NCBI GenBank assembly: GCA_965652295.1
Contig: CBFGTS010000001.1
Coordinates: forward strand, 160,001 to 224,000
Length of the DNA: 64,000 bases
Direction: 5' to 3'
DNA from: an uncultured Haloferula sp.
GTDB lineage: Bacteria > Verrucomicrobiota > Verrucomicrobiia > Verrucomicrobiales > Akkermansiaceae
Shown: positions 36,051 to 45,553 of the stretch, piece after piece
Layout of the letters: every line of letters starts with the position of its first letter
Position numbering within the stretch: position 1 is the stretch's first letter
Notes under the pieces: generated by a model
What the model was told of the DNA's origin: nothing
What the model saw: only the letters and a program-made list of their open reading frames with translations
Databases searched by the model: none
Program-made: the position numbers and the translations under genes

Positions 36051-36314
36051 TCAGCGGCGGATCCACTTCCACAAACCCAGCAGGATGATGGCTCCGGCGG
36101 TGGCGGAAACGAGCGAACGCAGGGTGGGGAGCCAGTCGGATGACCGGGGCGCGAGAAATCCGGCTTGGCGGGCGAGCCAGCCGCCGAGAAGGGCACCGGC
36201 AATGCCCAGGACAAGGGCGGAGATCCACCCGCCACGCTCCTGGCCGGGCAGGATCCATCGGGCAAGACACCCGGCCACGAGTCCCAAGATGATCCAGCTC
36301 GCCAAGTGTGCCAT
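36051..36314 (-). CDS. GlsB/YeaQ/YmgE family (transglycosylase-associated) membrane protein
   Basis: WIILGLVAG.LARWILPG...LGIAGALLGG...ATAGAIILL. Confidence 0.85.
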   Translation of the reverse strand: MAHLASWIILGLVAGCLARWILPGQERGGWISALVLGIAGALLGGWLARQAGFLAPRSSDWLPTLRSLVSATAGAIILLGLWKWIRR

Positions 36315-36399
36315 GAGCCCGAGTAGCCGGTCGTGTGCCAGAGGTCGAGCTGCATTTCGCTGGGGCGGATCGGTCTTGCTGGCGGGGAGGGTGCGGCGG

Positions 36400-37347
36400 A
36401 TGATCCGGCCGATGTGGGAGGGGCACGATGGCTTCGCGGAAATGGCCCGGGACGAGCGGTTCCTGGTCGGAGTGTCGGGTGGGGCGGATTCGGTGGCGCT
36501 GCTCCAGCTCCTGACCGAGAGGGGCTTCGACGATCTGGTGGTGTGTCATTTGAACCACGGCCTGCGCGGGGCGGAGTCGGAGGCGGACGAGCGCTTCGTC
36601 GTGGAAATGGCGGAGAGCCTGGGGCACCGGGTCGCGGTGGGGCAGTGGCGGTTCGAGGAGGGGGGATCATCGATGGAAACGGCGGCGCGTGAAGCGAGGC
36701 ATCGGTTTTTTATGGAAACGGCGCGCACGACCGGATGCCGGAAGGTGGTGCTGGGGCATCACGCCGACGATCAGGCCGAGACGGCGCTCTGGAACCTGCT
36801 GCGTGGCAGCCGCGGCGCGGTGGGAATGAAGCCGGTGCAGCGAATCGTTTGCGAAGGCGTGGAGCTGGAGATCCTGCGGCCGCTGCGGGGGGTGCGGCGG
36901 GCGGAGTTGCGGGCCTGGTTGAGGGAGCGGGGGATCGCGTGGCGGGAGGACGCGACGAATGCCGAGCCGGTGGCGGTGAGAAACCGGCTGCGGCACGAGG
37001 CGATTCCGCTGCTGGATGAAATCACGGGCCGGGACGCGGTGGCGGCGTTGGTCAAGGCGGTGGAAACGACGCGCGAGCTGGGTGAAATCGAGGCCTGGGC
37101 GGTGGAGCAGGCGGCGGCGATGGATCCGCAAGGGCGGCTGCATGTCGGGCGTCTGGACGCGCTGCCGGCGGCGGTACGGCGTGCGTGTGTCTTCCGGTAT
37201 TTGCAGTCGGCGGGGGTGGTGGATCTGGGCCGAGCCGAGGTGGAGCGGGTGCTGGGGATGTTGGAGGAGGGCGGTGCGGCGAAGGTTTCGCTGCCGGGGG
37301 GAAGGATCGCGCGCAGACGCCAAGGAAGGTTGTGGGTGGAGGAATGA
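36400..37347 (+). CDS. tilS: tRNA(Ile)-lysidine synthetase
   Basis: VSGGADS PP-loop, HLNHGLRG, AREAR, GHHADDQAET, RPL, EDATN, RNRLRH. Confidence 0.95.
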   Translation: MIRPMWEGHDGFAEMARDERFLVGVSGGADSVALLQLLTERGFDDLVVCHLNHGLRGAESEADERFVVEMAESLGHRVAVGQWRFEEGGSSMETAAREARHRFFMETARTTGCRKVVLGHHADDQAETALWNLLRGSRGAVGMKPVQRIVCEGVELEILRPLRGVRRAELRAWLRERGIAWREDATNAEPVAVRNRLRHEAIPLLDEITGRDAVAALVKAVETTRELGEIEAWAVEQAAAMDPQGRLHVGRLDALPAAVRRACVFRYLQSAGVVDLGRAEVERVLGMLEEGGAAKVSLPGGRIARRRQGRLWVEE

Positions 37348-37365
37348 GCTGCTTGGCTGGTTGGC

Positions 37366-38253
37366 ATGATGAAACGACTGATGCTGGCCTTTTCCGCGAT
37401 GACCGTGATGGCGGCGGGGGATTGGAAACCGCTGTGGGAGGGCGACGCGCCGGGAGCGGATCGGGCGTCGGCCGGGGTCGAGAAAATCGGCGAGGGCGGC
37501 CGATATTCGGACATCGAGCAGCCGCAGTATTTCCTCTATCCAGCGGCGGCGGAAAAGCGGACGGGTCAGGGCGTGGTGATCTTTCCGGGCGGCGGCTACA
37601 CGATCCTGGCGATGAATCACGAGGGCCACGACTACGCCAAATGGCTCAACGAGCGCGGCATTAGCGCGATGGTGGTGAAATACCGGGTGAGCGGGAATGA
37701 TGCCCTCGGCTACGGCTATCCCGTACCCTATCTCGACGCCCGGCGGGCGATCCGGACGATGCGGTCGATGGCCGGTGAACTCGGATTGAAGTCGGTGGGC
37801 GTGATGGGTTCCTCGGCGGGTGGACATCTGGCGAGCACCTGCGCGACGCGGTTCGGCGATACCTTCGAGGAGGAATCGGGCGACGCGATCGACCAGTTGA
37901 GTTGCCGTCCCGACTTCGCCGTGCTGGTTTACCCGGTCATTTCGATGGGGGAGCTTTCCCATGAGGGATCGCGGCGACGGTTGCTTGGGGCCGATCCCTC
38001 ACCCGAGGCGGTGGAGAAACTTTCGACCGAAAAGCAGGTCGGCCCCGAAACCCCGCCGTGTTTTCTCCTGACCACCGCGGACGATTTCGTGGACTGCCGC
38101 AACAGCCTGCGTTTCGCCGAAGCCTGCAAGGCCCACGGCGTGCCGGTGACCCTGCATCTGTTCGAAAAGGGCGGCCATGGCTACGGCCTGAACGGTCGGG
38201 GAGACGTCAGCGGATGGCCGGGCTTGCTGGAGGGGTGGTTGAAGGGGCGTTGA
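37366..38253 (+). CDS. Secreted alpha/beta hydrolase (acetyl-esterase-like)
   Basis: PGGGY, GSSAGGHL nucleophile elbow, DD.V, GGHGYG. Confidence 0.9.
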   Translation: MMKRLMLAFSAMTVMAAGDWKPLWEGDAPGADRASAGVEKIGEGGRYSDIEQPQYFLYPAAAEKRTGQGVVIFPGGGYTILAMNHEGHDYAKWLNERGISAMVVKYRVSGNDALGYGYPVPYLDARRAIRTMRSMAGELGLKSVGVMGSSAGGHLASTCATRFGDTFEEESGDAIDQLSCRPDFAVLVYPVISMGELSHEGSRRRLLGADPSPEAVEKLSTEKQVGPETPPCFLLTTADDFVDCRNSLRFAEACKAHGVPVTLHLFEKGGHGYGLNGRGDVSGWPGLLEGWLKGR

Positions 38254-38254
38254 A

Positions 38255-39160
38255 TCAACCCCGCGCCACGGCAGCCAGCGCGGCGAGAACGGCCTTCTGG
38301 GCGTGGAGGCGGTTCTCGGCTTGCTGGAAGATCGTGTCGGCGTGGGCTTCGAGGACCTCCTCGGTGATCTCCTTGCCGCGGTAGGCGGGGAGGCAGTGGA
38401 GTACGATGTGCTCCGTAGCCGCGTTCGCGAGCAGCTCCGCATTCACCTGATAGGGGCCGAAGGCGGCTTCCTTTTCAGCCTGACCCTCCTGGCCCATGGA
38501 AAGCCAGACGTCGGTGTTGATGACGTGGGCTCCCTCGACGGCCTCGGCGGGATCGGGGGTGACGCTGATGTTCGGCGCGTTGAGCTCCTGCAGGAACGCG
38601 GCGGTGGGTGCGTAGTCGGGCGGGCAGGCGACGGCGAAGTCGAAGCCGAGCTTTTTGGCGGCCCACATCCAGGAAATGGTCATGTTCGAGAAGCCATCGC
38701 CGACCCACGCGATCTTCTTGCCTTCCCAGCCGCCGAGCTTTTCCCGGATGGTGAGAAGGTCGGCGAGGATCTGGCAGGGATGCTCGTCGTCGGTCAGGGC
38801 ATTGATGGTGGGAATGCCGGAGTAGTTCGCGAAGTCCACGACGTCCTGCTGGGCGAAGGTCCGGATGACGGCACCATGGACCATGCGCCCGAGGACGCGG
38901 GCGGTGTCGATGATCGGTTCGCCGCGGCCGAGCTGGATGTCGTTCTTGGAAAGGAACATGGGCGCACCGCCGAGTTCGCGGATGCCGACTTCGAAGGAGA
39001 CGCGCGTGCGGGTGGATGACTTGGTGAAAATCATCGCCCAGGTCTGGCCTTCGAGGGGCTTGCCATCGCGGCCGCGCTGCCGCTTGAGCAGCTCGGCGCT
39101 GTCGAGCAGGTGGACGAGTTCCTTGTCGGTGAGTTCTTCGATGGAAAGGAGATTTTTCAT
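38255..39160 (-). CDS. argF: Ornithine carbamoyltransferase
   Basis: SSTRTRVSFE, HPCQ, DVWLSMG, HCLP. Confidence 0.96.
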   Translation of the reverse strand: MKNLLSIEELTDKELVHLLDSAELLKRQRGRDGKPLEGQTWAMIFTKSSTRTRVSFEVGIRELGGAPMFLSKNDIQLGRGEPIIDTARVLGRMVHGAVIRTFAQQDVVDFANYSGIPTINALTDDEHPCQILADLLTIREKLGGWEGKKIAWVGDGFSNMTISWMWAAKKLGFDFAVACPPDYAPTAAFLQELNAPNISVTPDPAEAVEGAHVINTDVWLSMGQEGQAEKEAAFGPYQVNAELLANAATEHIVLHCLPAYRGKEITEEVLEAHADTIFQQAENRLHAQKAVLAALAAVARG

Positions 39161-40395
39161 GACTGGGAAAGTAAGGAGTCGAGAGTGATGCGGACGATTT
39201 CGAGAGCTTCGGAAACCTCCGTTTCGGTGACGTTGAGGGGTGGCAGGAGCCGCAAGGTTACGGGGCCGGCGGGCGGGGCGAGGAGGCCGTGGGTGATGAG
39301 TTCAGCGGAGAGGTGGAGGGCGGGAAGCTTGCCCTCGGGAACACTCATTTTCGAAACATCGAGGCCGATGCCGATGAGCAGTCCGAGGCCGCGGACGCCG
39401 GTGACGAGAGGATGGTTCCATGAGGAAACGGTCTCGTGGATTTGCGTGGCGCGGGCGCGGACGTTGTCGATGAGCTGCAACTCCGAGATTTCCCGGAGCA
39501 CGGCCAGGGCGGCGGCGCAGGCGAGCGGGCTGCCGCCGTAGGTGGTGCCGTGGGAGCCGGGACCCATGAGGGCGGAAAGAGGCTTTTCGCCATCGATCAA
39601 CCGGTCGGACAGCCAGAAGGCACCGATCGGGAAACCGCCGCCGAGGCCCTTGGCCCAGCTGATGCCGTCGGGCTCAAGTTCCGGAGCGATCTCGCGCCAG
39701 GCCATGGGATCACCGCAGCGGCCGAAACCGGTCTGGACTTCGTCGAGCAGCAGCAGCAGGTCGTGCTTTTCGCAGAGCGCCTTGACGCCGCGGAGGAACT
39801 CGGGTGTGGCGACGTTGACGCCGCCCTCGCCTTGCACGGGTTCGAGCAGGATGGCGGCGGTTTCCGGCTGGATGGCAGCGGCGAGCGCGTCGAGGTCGTT
39901 GTAGGGCAGGTGGCGGAAGCCGGGCAGCAGGGGATCGAAGCCCTCCTTCACCTTGTCCTGCCCGGTGGCGTTGATGCCGCCGAGGGTCCGGCCGTGGAAG
40001 GATTGTGTGAAACTAAGAACCTCGTACCTCGGCGAGCCATCGGGTTGGGGCCGGGCGTGACCGAACCTGCGCGCGGACTTGATGAGTCCGTCGTTCGACT
40101 CGGCCCCGGAGTTGGAGAAGAAGACTTTCCCGGGGAGCTTCACGTGGTTCTCGACGATGAGGCGGGCGAGTTCTTCCTGCTGCGGGATGTGATAGAGATT
40201 GGAGCAGTGAATGAGGGTCGCGGCCTGTTGCGTGATGGCATCGACCAACGACTTCGGCGAGTGGCCGAGGGCGCAGACGGCGATGCCGGAGCAGAAGTCG
40301 AGGTAGCTCTTGCCCGAGTCGTCCCACACTCGGGGACCCTCGCCTTTGATGAGGGTGAGCGGGAAACGGCCGTAGGTCTGGAGGATGTGAGACAT
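39157..40395 (-). CDS. argD: Acetylornithine aminotransferase
   Basis: NSGAE.N, SFHGRT, EPVQGEGG, DEVQTGFGR, AKGLGGGFP, HGTTYGG. Coupled to argF. Confidence 0.93.
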   Translation of the reverse strand: MSHILQTYGRFPLTLIKGEGPRVWDDSGKSYLDFCSGIAVCALGHSPKSLVDAITQQAATLIHCSNLYHIPQQEELARLIVENHVKLPGKVFFSNSGAESNDGLIKSARRFGHARPQPDGSPRYEVLSFTQSFHGRTLGGINATGQDKVKEGFDPLLPGFRHLPYNDLDALAAAIQPETAAILLEPVQGEGGVNVATPEFLRGVKALCEKHDLLLLLDEVQTGFGRCGDPMAWREIAPELEPDGISWAKGLGGGFPIGAFWLSDRLIDGEKPLSALMGPGSHGTTYGGSPLACAAALAVLREISELQLIDNVRARATQIHETVSSWNHPLVTGVRGLGLLIGIGLDVSKMSVPEGKLPALHLSAELITHGLLAPPAGPVTLRLLPPLNVTETEVSEALEIVRITLDSLLSQS

Positions 40396-40411
40396 GGGAA
40401 AGGGGCGGGGT

Positions 40412-41311
40412 TTAGGGATTGACGGAGGCTTTTACAAGCCGCGGCTTTGGGGTGGGATGGGCGACGACGCGCCAGGTGGCGACGAGGGTCAGAGCCCCGC
40501 CGGCGATTTCGGTAAGAGTGAAAATCTCATCGAAGAACAGCCAGCCACCGAGAGCGGTGACGAGCGGAAGGATCATCTGGATCGAGGAACCGCGGGCGAC
40601 CGAGAGCGTGCGGTAGGCGTGGGTCATGGAAAGCTGTGCGGCGGCGACGAGGACCGCGGCCAGTACCATGAGCCAGAAGGCTCCGCCGGGCAGCGTGGCC
40701 GACGGCACGGCGGCGGGTCCGGCCGCGAAGATGGCGCTGGCGAGACATTGCGACGCGTAGATGGTGGCGGTGTGCTCGCTGTGCCGGAGCTGGCGGATCA
40801 GGGTGATGACCGCGCCGGCCGCCACGGCTCCGGCGAGCGCCAGGACGTCGTATTTCCCGATGGAGAAAGTCAGGCCGCCGCTGAGGAAAACGAGCAGCCC
40901 GGCGAAGCCCGCGAACATCCACGACCATGACCGGACGGTCAGCGTTTCCTTGAGCCACAGCGAGGCGAAGAGGCAACCGAAGATCGGGTAGCTGAGATTG
41001 ATGATGACCGCGCGTCCGGCGCCGAGATGGACGACGGTGATGTAGAATGCGAGGATGCCGAATCCGCCGATGAGGCCGCGGGCGATCAGCAGCGGCCGGG
41101 TGAAGAGGTGCCGCGGCTGAAAACCCTTTTTCAGGAAGAACGCGCTGACGATGGCGAGCCCGACGACGCCGCGGAAAAGCGAGGCCACCCAGCCATCGGC
41201 CGCGGGCACGGCGAGGGCAATGCCGCGGATCATCAGCGCGTTCACGGCGAAGGCGACGACGGAACCGAGCATCAGGGTGATGCCGGCCTTTTCGGTCGGG
41301 GTGGTGGTCAT
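40412..41311 (-). CDS. DMT/EamA family transporter
   Basis: About 10 hydrophobic segments; two EamA-like halves (..LKE.., ..FDE..). Confidence 0.88.
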   Translation of the reverse strand: MTTTPTEKAGITLMLGSVVAFAVNALMIRGIALAVPAADGWVASLFRGVVGLAIVSAFFLKKGFQPRHLFTRPLLIARGLIGGFGILAFYITVVHLGAGRAVIINLSYPIFGCLFASLWLKETLTVRSWSWMFAGFAGLLVFLSGGLTFSIGKYDVLALAGAVAAGAVITLIRQLRHSEHTATIYASQCLASAIFAAGPAAVPSATLPGGAFWLMVLAAVLVAAAQLSMTHAYRTLSVARGSSIQMILPLVTALGGWLFFDEIFTLTEIAGGALTLVATWRVVAHPTPKPRLVKASVNP

Positions 41312-41346
41312 GGTTTCGGCGGGCGCCGCACAGGTCCGGTCGGGGT

Positions 41347-41384
41347 AAAAACAAAAAACCCGGCGGACCATGGAGGCGCCGGGT
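41347..41384 (-). terminator. Intrinsic terminator in the 5' leader of DMT-argD-argF (attenuator)
   Basis: Minus strand CCCGGCG...CGCCGGG followed by TTTTTTGTTTTT, 35 nt before the DMT ATG. Confidence 0.75.
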
Positions 41385-41416
41385 GGGTGGTGGTTCGGTG
41401 GTATCCTTGATTCCCA

Positions 41417-41485
41417 TCACACGCCGGCAGCTCCGAGCCAAATGGCACGGGCGACGAGACGACGGAGATGGAGTTTATGGGTCAA
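41417..41485 (-). CDS. Putative leader peptide MTHKLHLRRLVARAIWLGAAGV
   Basis: TTG start 10 nt after a TATCCC -10 box; three CGT Arg codons; stop lies just upstream of the terminator. Confidence 0.5.
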   Translation of the reverse strand: MTHKLHLRRLVARAIWLGAAGV

Positions 41486-41495
41486 GGCGGGGAGT

Positions 41496-41524
41496 GGGAT
41501 AGTCGGGCGACGGGGTTGTGGCAA
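41496..41524 (-). promoter_or_regulatory. Putative promoter of leader-DMT-argD-argF
   Basis: Minus strand TTGCCA-N17-TATCCC. Confidence 0.55.
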
Positions 41525-41564
41525 GGGCGGAGTGGAGAATCTGGGAGATGGCGACGGGCTGTAG

Positions 41565-41644
41565 GTAGTTCCCCCTTCAGGGGGTGGCGGAGAGCAGGGC
41601 TGCCGGTTCGCTCGGGCAGCGCAGCCCCCTGAAGGGGGAACTAC
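41565..41644. repeat. REP doublet (REPIN-like)
   Basis: Perfect 20-bp inverted arms GTAGTTCCCCCTTCAGGGGG / CCCCCTGAAGGGGGAACTAC. Each begins with GTAG and is internally palindromic. Confidence 0.75.
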
Positions 41645-41663
41645 GTGCGGGTGATGGCGGGCT

Positions 41664-42569
41664 TCAAGGGACGGGAGTGCTTTGCAAGGCGGAGCGGATC
41701 AGCGGTTCGGGATCGGAGGCGTCGGCGGGGAGGAGGCGGTGGCGGAGAATGGCGGGGAAGACGCGCTGGACGTGGTCGGGATGGACGGCGGCGGCACCCT
41801 CCATGAAGGCGGCGGCACGGGCGGCCTGCATTACGGCGAGAGCGGCGCGGATGGAAACGGTGGCGTCGCTGCCGGCGAGGCGACGCAGAGTCTCACAAAG
41901 TTCGGTGATGTAGCCGGCGATCGTTTCGGATACGGGAACGCGGCGGACCTGCTGTTGAAGGTCGAGGATTTCCGCGGGATCCAGCAGCGCCTCAAGGTTG
42001 ACGTCGAGCTTGCCGGCGGCGTGCTCCAGCAGGATGCGGTTCTGGGTTTCCGCGGCCGGGAGCCCCATGTGAATGGAGAGCAGGAAGCGATCGAGCTGCG
42101 GCTCAGGCAGCGGGAAGGTGCCGTGGAGGTCGGTGTCGTTGCGGGTGGCGATGACGAAAAACGGTTCGGGCAGCGGTCGCGTGACGCCATCGAGCGTGAC
42201 TTGATGCTCGTTCATGCACTCGAGCAGCGCGCTCTGGACGCGGGGCGAGGTGCGGTTGATCTCATCGGCCAGCAGGCAGTGGGTGAAAACCGGGCCGGGG
42301 ATGAACTCGAAGTCGCCGCGGTCCATGCGGTAGAGCGAGTAGCCGAGGAGGTCGGCGGGAAGCAGGTCGGGCGTGAACTGGACGCGCTTGAAACGACCGC
42401 CGGTGGAGCTGGCGAGAGTGTGGGCGAGCGAGGTTTTTCCAATGCCGGGCGGTCCCTCGATCAACACGTGTCCGCGGGCCAGCAGGGCGATGAGGAGGAG
42501 CGACGCGGCATCCTCCGAGCCGAGTACGGTGGCGGTGAGACGATCGTGGAGGGTGTGGATGGACTGCAT
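41664..42569 (-). CDS. MoxR family AAA+ ATPase
   Basis: GHVLIEGPPGIGKT, RVQFTPDLLPAD, LADEINR..PRVQSALLE.M.E, GTFPLPEPQLDRF. Confidence 0.93.
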   Translation of the reverse strand: MQSIHTLHDRLTATVLGSEDAASLLLIALLARGHVLIEGPPGIGKTSLAHTLASSTGGRFKRVQFTPDLLPADLLGYSLYRMDRGDFEFIPGPVFTHCLLADEINRTSPRVQSALLECMNEHQVTLDGVTRPLPEPFFVIATRNDTDLHGTFPLPEPQLDRFLLSIHMGLPAAETQNRILLEHAAGKLDVNLEALLDPAEILDLQQQVRRVPVSETIAGYITELCETLRRLAGSDATVSIRAALAVMQAARAAAFMEGAAAVHPDHVQRVFPAILRHRLLPADASDPEPLIRSALQSTPVP

Positions 42570-42585
42570 GGGCGGGGCGGGCGAG

Positions 42586-43170
42586 CTAAGGCTCGCGGTC
42601 CAATTCGGAAGCAACCTTTTTGATGGCCTCGGGGTAGAGCCGGTGTTCCTCGACCTGGATCCGGGCGTGGAGGGTCTCGGCCGTATCGCCGGGCAAGACC
42701 GGGACTTTGGCCTGGAGAATGGCGGGGCCGGTATCCATCCCGGCATCGACGTAGTGGACGGTGCAGCCGCTTTCGGTGACCCCGGCTTCGATGGCCTGCT
42801 GCCAGGCGGCGACGCCGGGAAACGCCGGCAGAAGGGCGGGGTGGATGTTCAGGATGCGGTCGGGAAAGGCGTCGAGCAGCGGTTGCTTCACGAGGCGCAT
42901 GAAGCCGGCCAGGCAAACAAGATCACACCCGGCGGCTTTCAGTGCGGCGGCGGTTTCATGCTGCGCTTCATCGGGAAACTTCGTTTTGAAACCCCGGCAG
43001 TCGATGAGTTGCGTGGGGACGCCGTGTTTTGCGGCCCGTTCAAGGATGTAGGCGTCCGGAACGTCGGACATGACGAGGGCGATCTCGGCATCGAGAGTGC
43101 CGGCTGCGATCGCGTCGAGGATGGCCTGCATGTTCGAGCCGGAGCCGGAGCCGAGAATGCCAATGCGCAT
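42586..43170 (-). CDS. purN: Phosphoribosylglycinamide formyltransferase
   Basis: SG.GSNMQAI, LAGFMRL, NIHPALLP.FPG, GCTVH.VD.G.DTGP. Confidence 0.96.
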   Translation of the reverse strand: MRIGILGSGSGSNMQAILDAIAAGTLDAEIALVMSDVPDAYILERAAKHGVPTQLIDCRGFKTKFPDEAQHETAAALKAAGCDLVCLAGFMRLVKQPLLDAFPDRILNIHPALLPAFPGVAAWQQAIEAGVTESGCTVHYVDAGMDTGPAILQAKVPVLPGDTAETLHARIQVEEHRLYPEAIKKVASELDREP

Positions 43171-43241
43171 GGCGGTAGTCAGGCGGGCGGAGGGGGAACT
43201 TCAAAGTGCAAAATCCGGGAGGATGGATAGGGTGGCTGGAG

Positions 43242-45455
43242 ATGGACGAACCGAGCGTGGGCAAACCGAAGGGCTGGGCGGCGGGGCTGCCGGGGGTGGC
43301 TTCATCGCTGAAGCACGTGATCGGGCGCGACGGCATCGTGCGGGGGAGCAAGGCGCTGCTGGAACTCAATCAGATCGGCGGCTTCGACTGCCCGAGCTGT
43401 GCCTGGCCGGATCCGGACGGTGAGCGGTCGGTGGCGGAGTTCTGCGAAAACGGCGCCAAGGCAGTGGCGTCCGAGGCGATGCGACGGACGATCGGCCGCG
43501 AGTTCTTTGCCGCCCATTCCGTCGCGGAGCTGCTGGAGAAGGACGATGCCTGGCATGATCAACAAGGCCGCCTGGCCGAGCCGATGCTGCTGCGAGCCGG
43601 CGCGACGCACTATCAACCGGTTACATGGGACGAGGCGATGGCCGTGCTGGCGGAGGAGCTGGGATCGCTCGGTTCGCCGGATGAGGCGTTGTTTTACACC
43701 TCCGGCCGCGCCAGCAACGAGGCCGCGTTTCTCTATCAAATGTTCGCCCGTGCGTTCGGGACGAACAACCTGCCGGATTGCTCGAACATGTGCCATGAGT
43801 CGAGCGGTGAGGCGCTGAAGCGCTCGATCGGGGTGGGCAAGGGCACGGTGACGCTCGACGATTTTCTGGAAGCCGATGTGATTCTCTGCGTCGGTCAGAA
43901 CCCGGGCACGAACCATCCGCGGATGCTCGGCACATTGGAGCAGGCGGTGAAACGCGGCTCGAGGCTGGTCGCCATCAATCCCATGAAGGAAGCCGGCTTG
44001 ATGGGCTTCGCGCATCCGCAAACGGTCGCCGGGATGCTGGGGAAAGCCACGCCGCTGGCCTCGATGTATCTCCAGGTCCGGGTGAACGGCGACTTCGCGC
44101 TTTTCCGCGGCATTGCCAAATGCCTGGAGCCGGACGGGGATTTCGTGGCGCGGCACACGCTCGGCTACGAGGCTTACCGTAGTTCGGTGGAGGCCACCCC
44201 GTGGGATCGCATCGAGGCGCTTTCCGGGGTTTCCCGTGGGGAGATCGAAGCGCTGGCGGCGCTGATGGCTTCCCGTGAAAAGCGGGTGATCACCTGTTGG
44301 GCGATGGGGCTGACGCAGCATCGCAATGCCGTGGCGACGATCCGCGAGATCGTGAACGTCCATCTGATGCTTGGCGCGGTCGGCAGGCCGGGAGCGGGGC
44401 TCTGCCCGGTGCGCGGACACAGCAACGTGCAGGGCGATCGCACGGTGGGGATCTGGGAGAAAATGCCGGAGGGTTTTCTAGCGGCGCTCGATGCAAAGGC
44501 GGGCATGGTTTCACCCCGAAACCACGGGCACGACACGGTGGCCTCGATCCTGGCGATGCACCGGGGCGAGGCGAAGGTGTTCGTCGGCCTCGGTGGGAAT
44601 TTCGCGCAGGCGGCACCGGACAGCACGTTCACGGCGGAAGCGCTGCGGAAATGCCGCCTGACCTGTCATGTTTCGACGAAGCTCAACCGCAGTCACCTGA
44701 TCCACGGGCGGCGCGGGCTGATCCTGCCGTGCCTGGGGCGCAGCGAGGACGATGACGGGCGCTTCGTGAGTTGTGAGAACTCGATGGGCGTCGTCCAGAT
44801 GTCCCGGGGAAAACTTCGGCCCGCGTCCGGCTCGTTGCTCTCCGAAGCGGAGATCGTCGCCCGGATGGCGGAGGCGGTGGTGGGGGATGTGGGAAACATC
44901 CGCTGGCGTTGGCTGGCGGCGGACTACGATCGGATCCGCGAATGGATCGAGGCGGTGGTTCCGGGTTTCGAGAATTACAATCGGCGGGTCCGCGAGCCGG
45001 GCGGATTCTATCTGCCAAATGCCGCGAAGCAGCGGGTGTGGGGCACGGATTCGGGAAAAGCGGAGTTTTCCGCGGGCGGGATCGATGCCTTCGATCCGGG
45101 TGCGGGCCGGCTGGTGCTCCAGACGCTGCGCAGCCACGACCAGTTCAACACGACCGTCTATGGCAACTACGACCGCTACCGCGGGATCGCCAACGCGCGG
45201 AAGATCGTGTTCGTGAACCCGGAGGATTTGAAGCAGCGCGGGATCGGGCCGATGAAGCCGGTCCGCATCACGAGCTACTGGGAAGATCGTAGCAGGAGTG
45301 TTGAAGGATTTCTCGCCGTGCCCTACGAGATGCCGCGCGGGATGGCGGCGGCGTATTTCCCGGAAGCGAACGAGCTGGTGCCGGTGGGCAGCGTGGCGGA
45401 GGGAAGCAACACGCCGACGAGCAAGAGCGTGGCGGTGGAGATCAAGGAGGTGTGA
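43242..45455 (+). CDS. FdhF/YdeP family molybdopterin oxidoreductase
   Basis: GFDCPSCAWPD, EFCENGAKA, YTSGRASNE, NNLPDCSNMCHE, RGHSNVQGDRT, RSHDQFNTT. Confidence 0.93.
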   Translation: MDEPSVGKPKGWAAGLPGVASSLKHVIGRDGIVRGSKALLELNQIGGFDCPSCAWPDPDGERSVAEFCENGAKAVASEAMRRTIGREFFAAHSVAELLEKDDAWHDQQGRLAEPMLLRAGATHYQPVTWDEAMAVLAEELGSLGSPDEALFYTSGRASNEAAFLYQMFARAFGTNNLPDCSNMCHESSGEALKRSIGVGKGTVTLDDFLEADVILCVGQNPGTNHPRMLGTLEQAVKRGSRLVAINPMKEAGLMGFAHPQTVAGMLGKATPLASMYLQVRVNGDFALFRGIAKCLEPDGDFVARHTLGYEAYRSSVEATPWDRIEALSGVSRGEIEALAALMASREKRVITCWAMGLTQHRNAVATIREIVNVHLMLGAVGRPGAGLCPVRGHSNVQGDRTVGIWEKMPEGFLAALDAKAGMVSPRNHGHDTVASILAMHRGEAKVFVGLGGNFAQAAPDSTFTAEALRKCRLTCHVSTKLNRSHLIHGRRGLILPCLGRSEDDDGRFVSCENSMGVVQMSRGKLRPASGSLLSEAEIVARMAEAVVGDVGNIRWRWLAADYDRIREWIEAVVPGFENYNRRVREPGGFYLPNAAKQRVWGTDSGKAEFSAGGIDAFDPGAGRLVLQTLRSHDQFNTTVYGNYDRYRGIANARKIVFVNPEDLKQRGIGPMKPVRITSYWEDRSRSVEGFLAVPYEMPRGMAAAYFPEANELVPVGSVAEGSNTPTSKSVAVEIKEV

Positions 45456-45458
45456 GGG

Positions 45459-45553
45459 TAAGGAGAGCGGGTTTGCAACCCGCTTTTATTCCCCACCCAC
45501 TGATTGTTCGGTCGGTGGGTAAGAAGGGGCGGCTTTCAAAGCCGCTCTCCTTA
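45459..45553. repeat. REP doublet/MITE-like inverted repeat between convergent genes
   Basis: TAAGGAGAGCGG...CCGCTCTCCTTA ends; internal hairpins GCGGGTTTGCAACCCGC and GCGGCTTTCAAAGCCGC. Confidence 0.7.

Noticed and set aside
41664..42569. MoxR ATPase lacking adjacent DUF58/VWA partners
   Set aside because: Partners are often encoded elsewhere; nothing further can be supported from this window.
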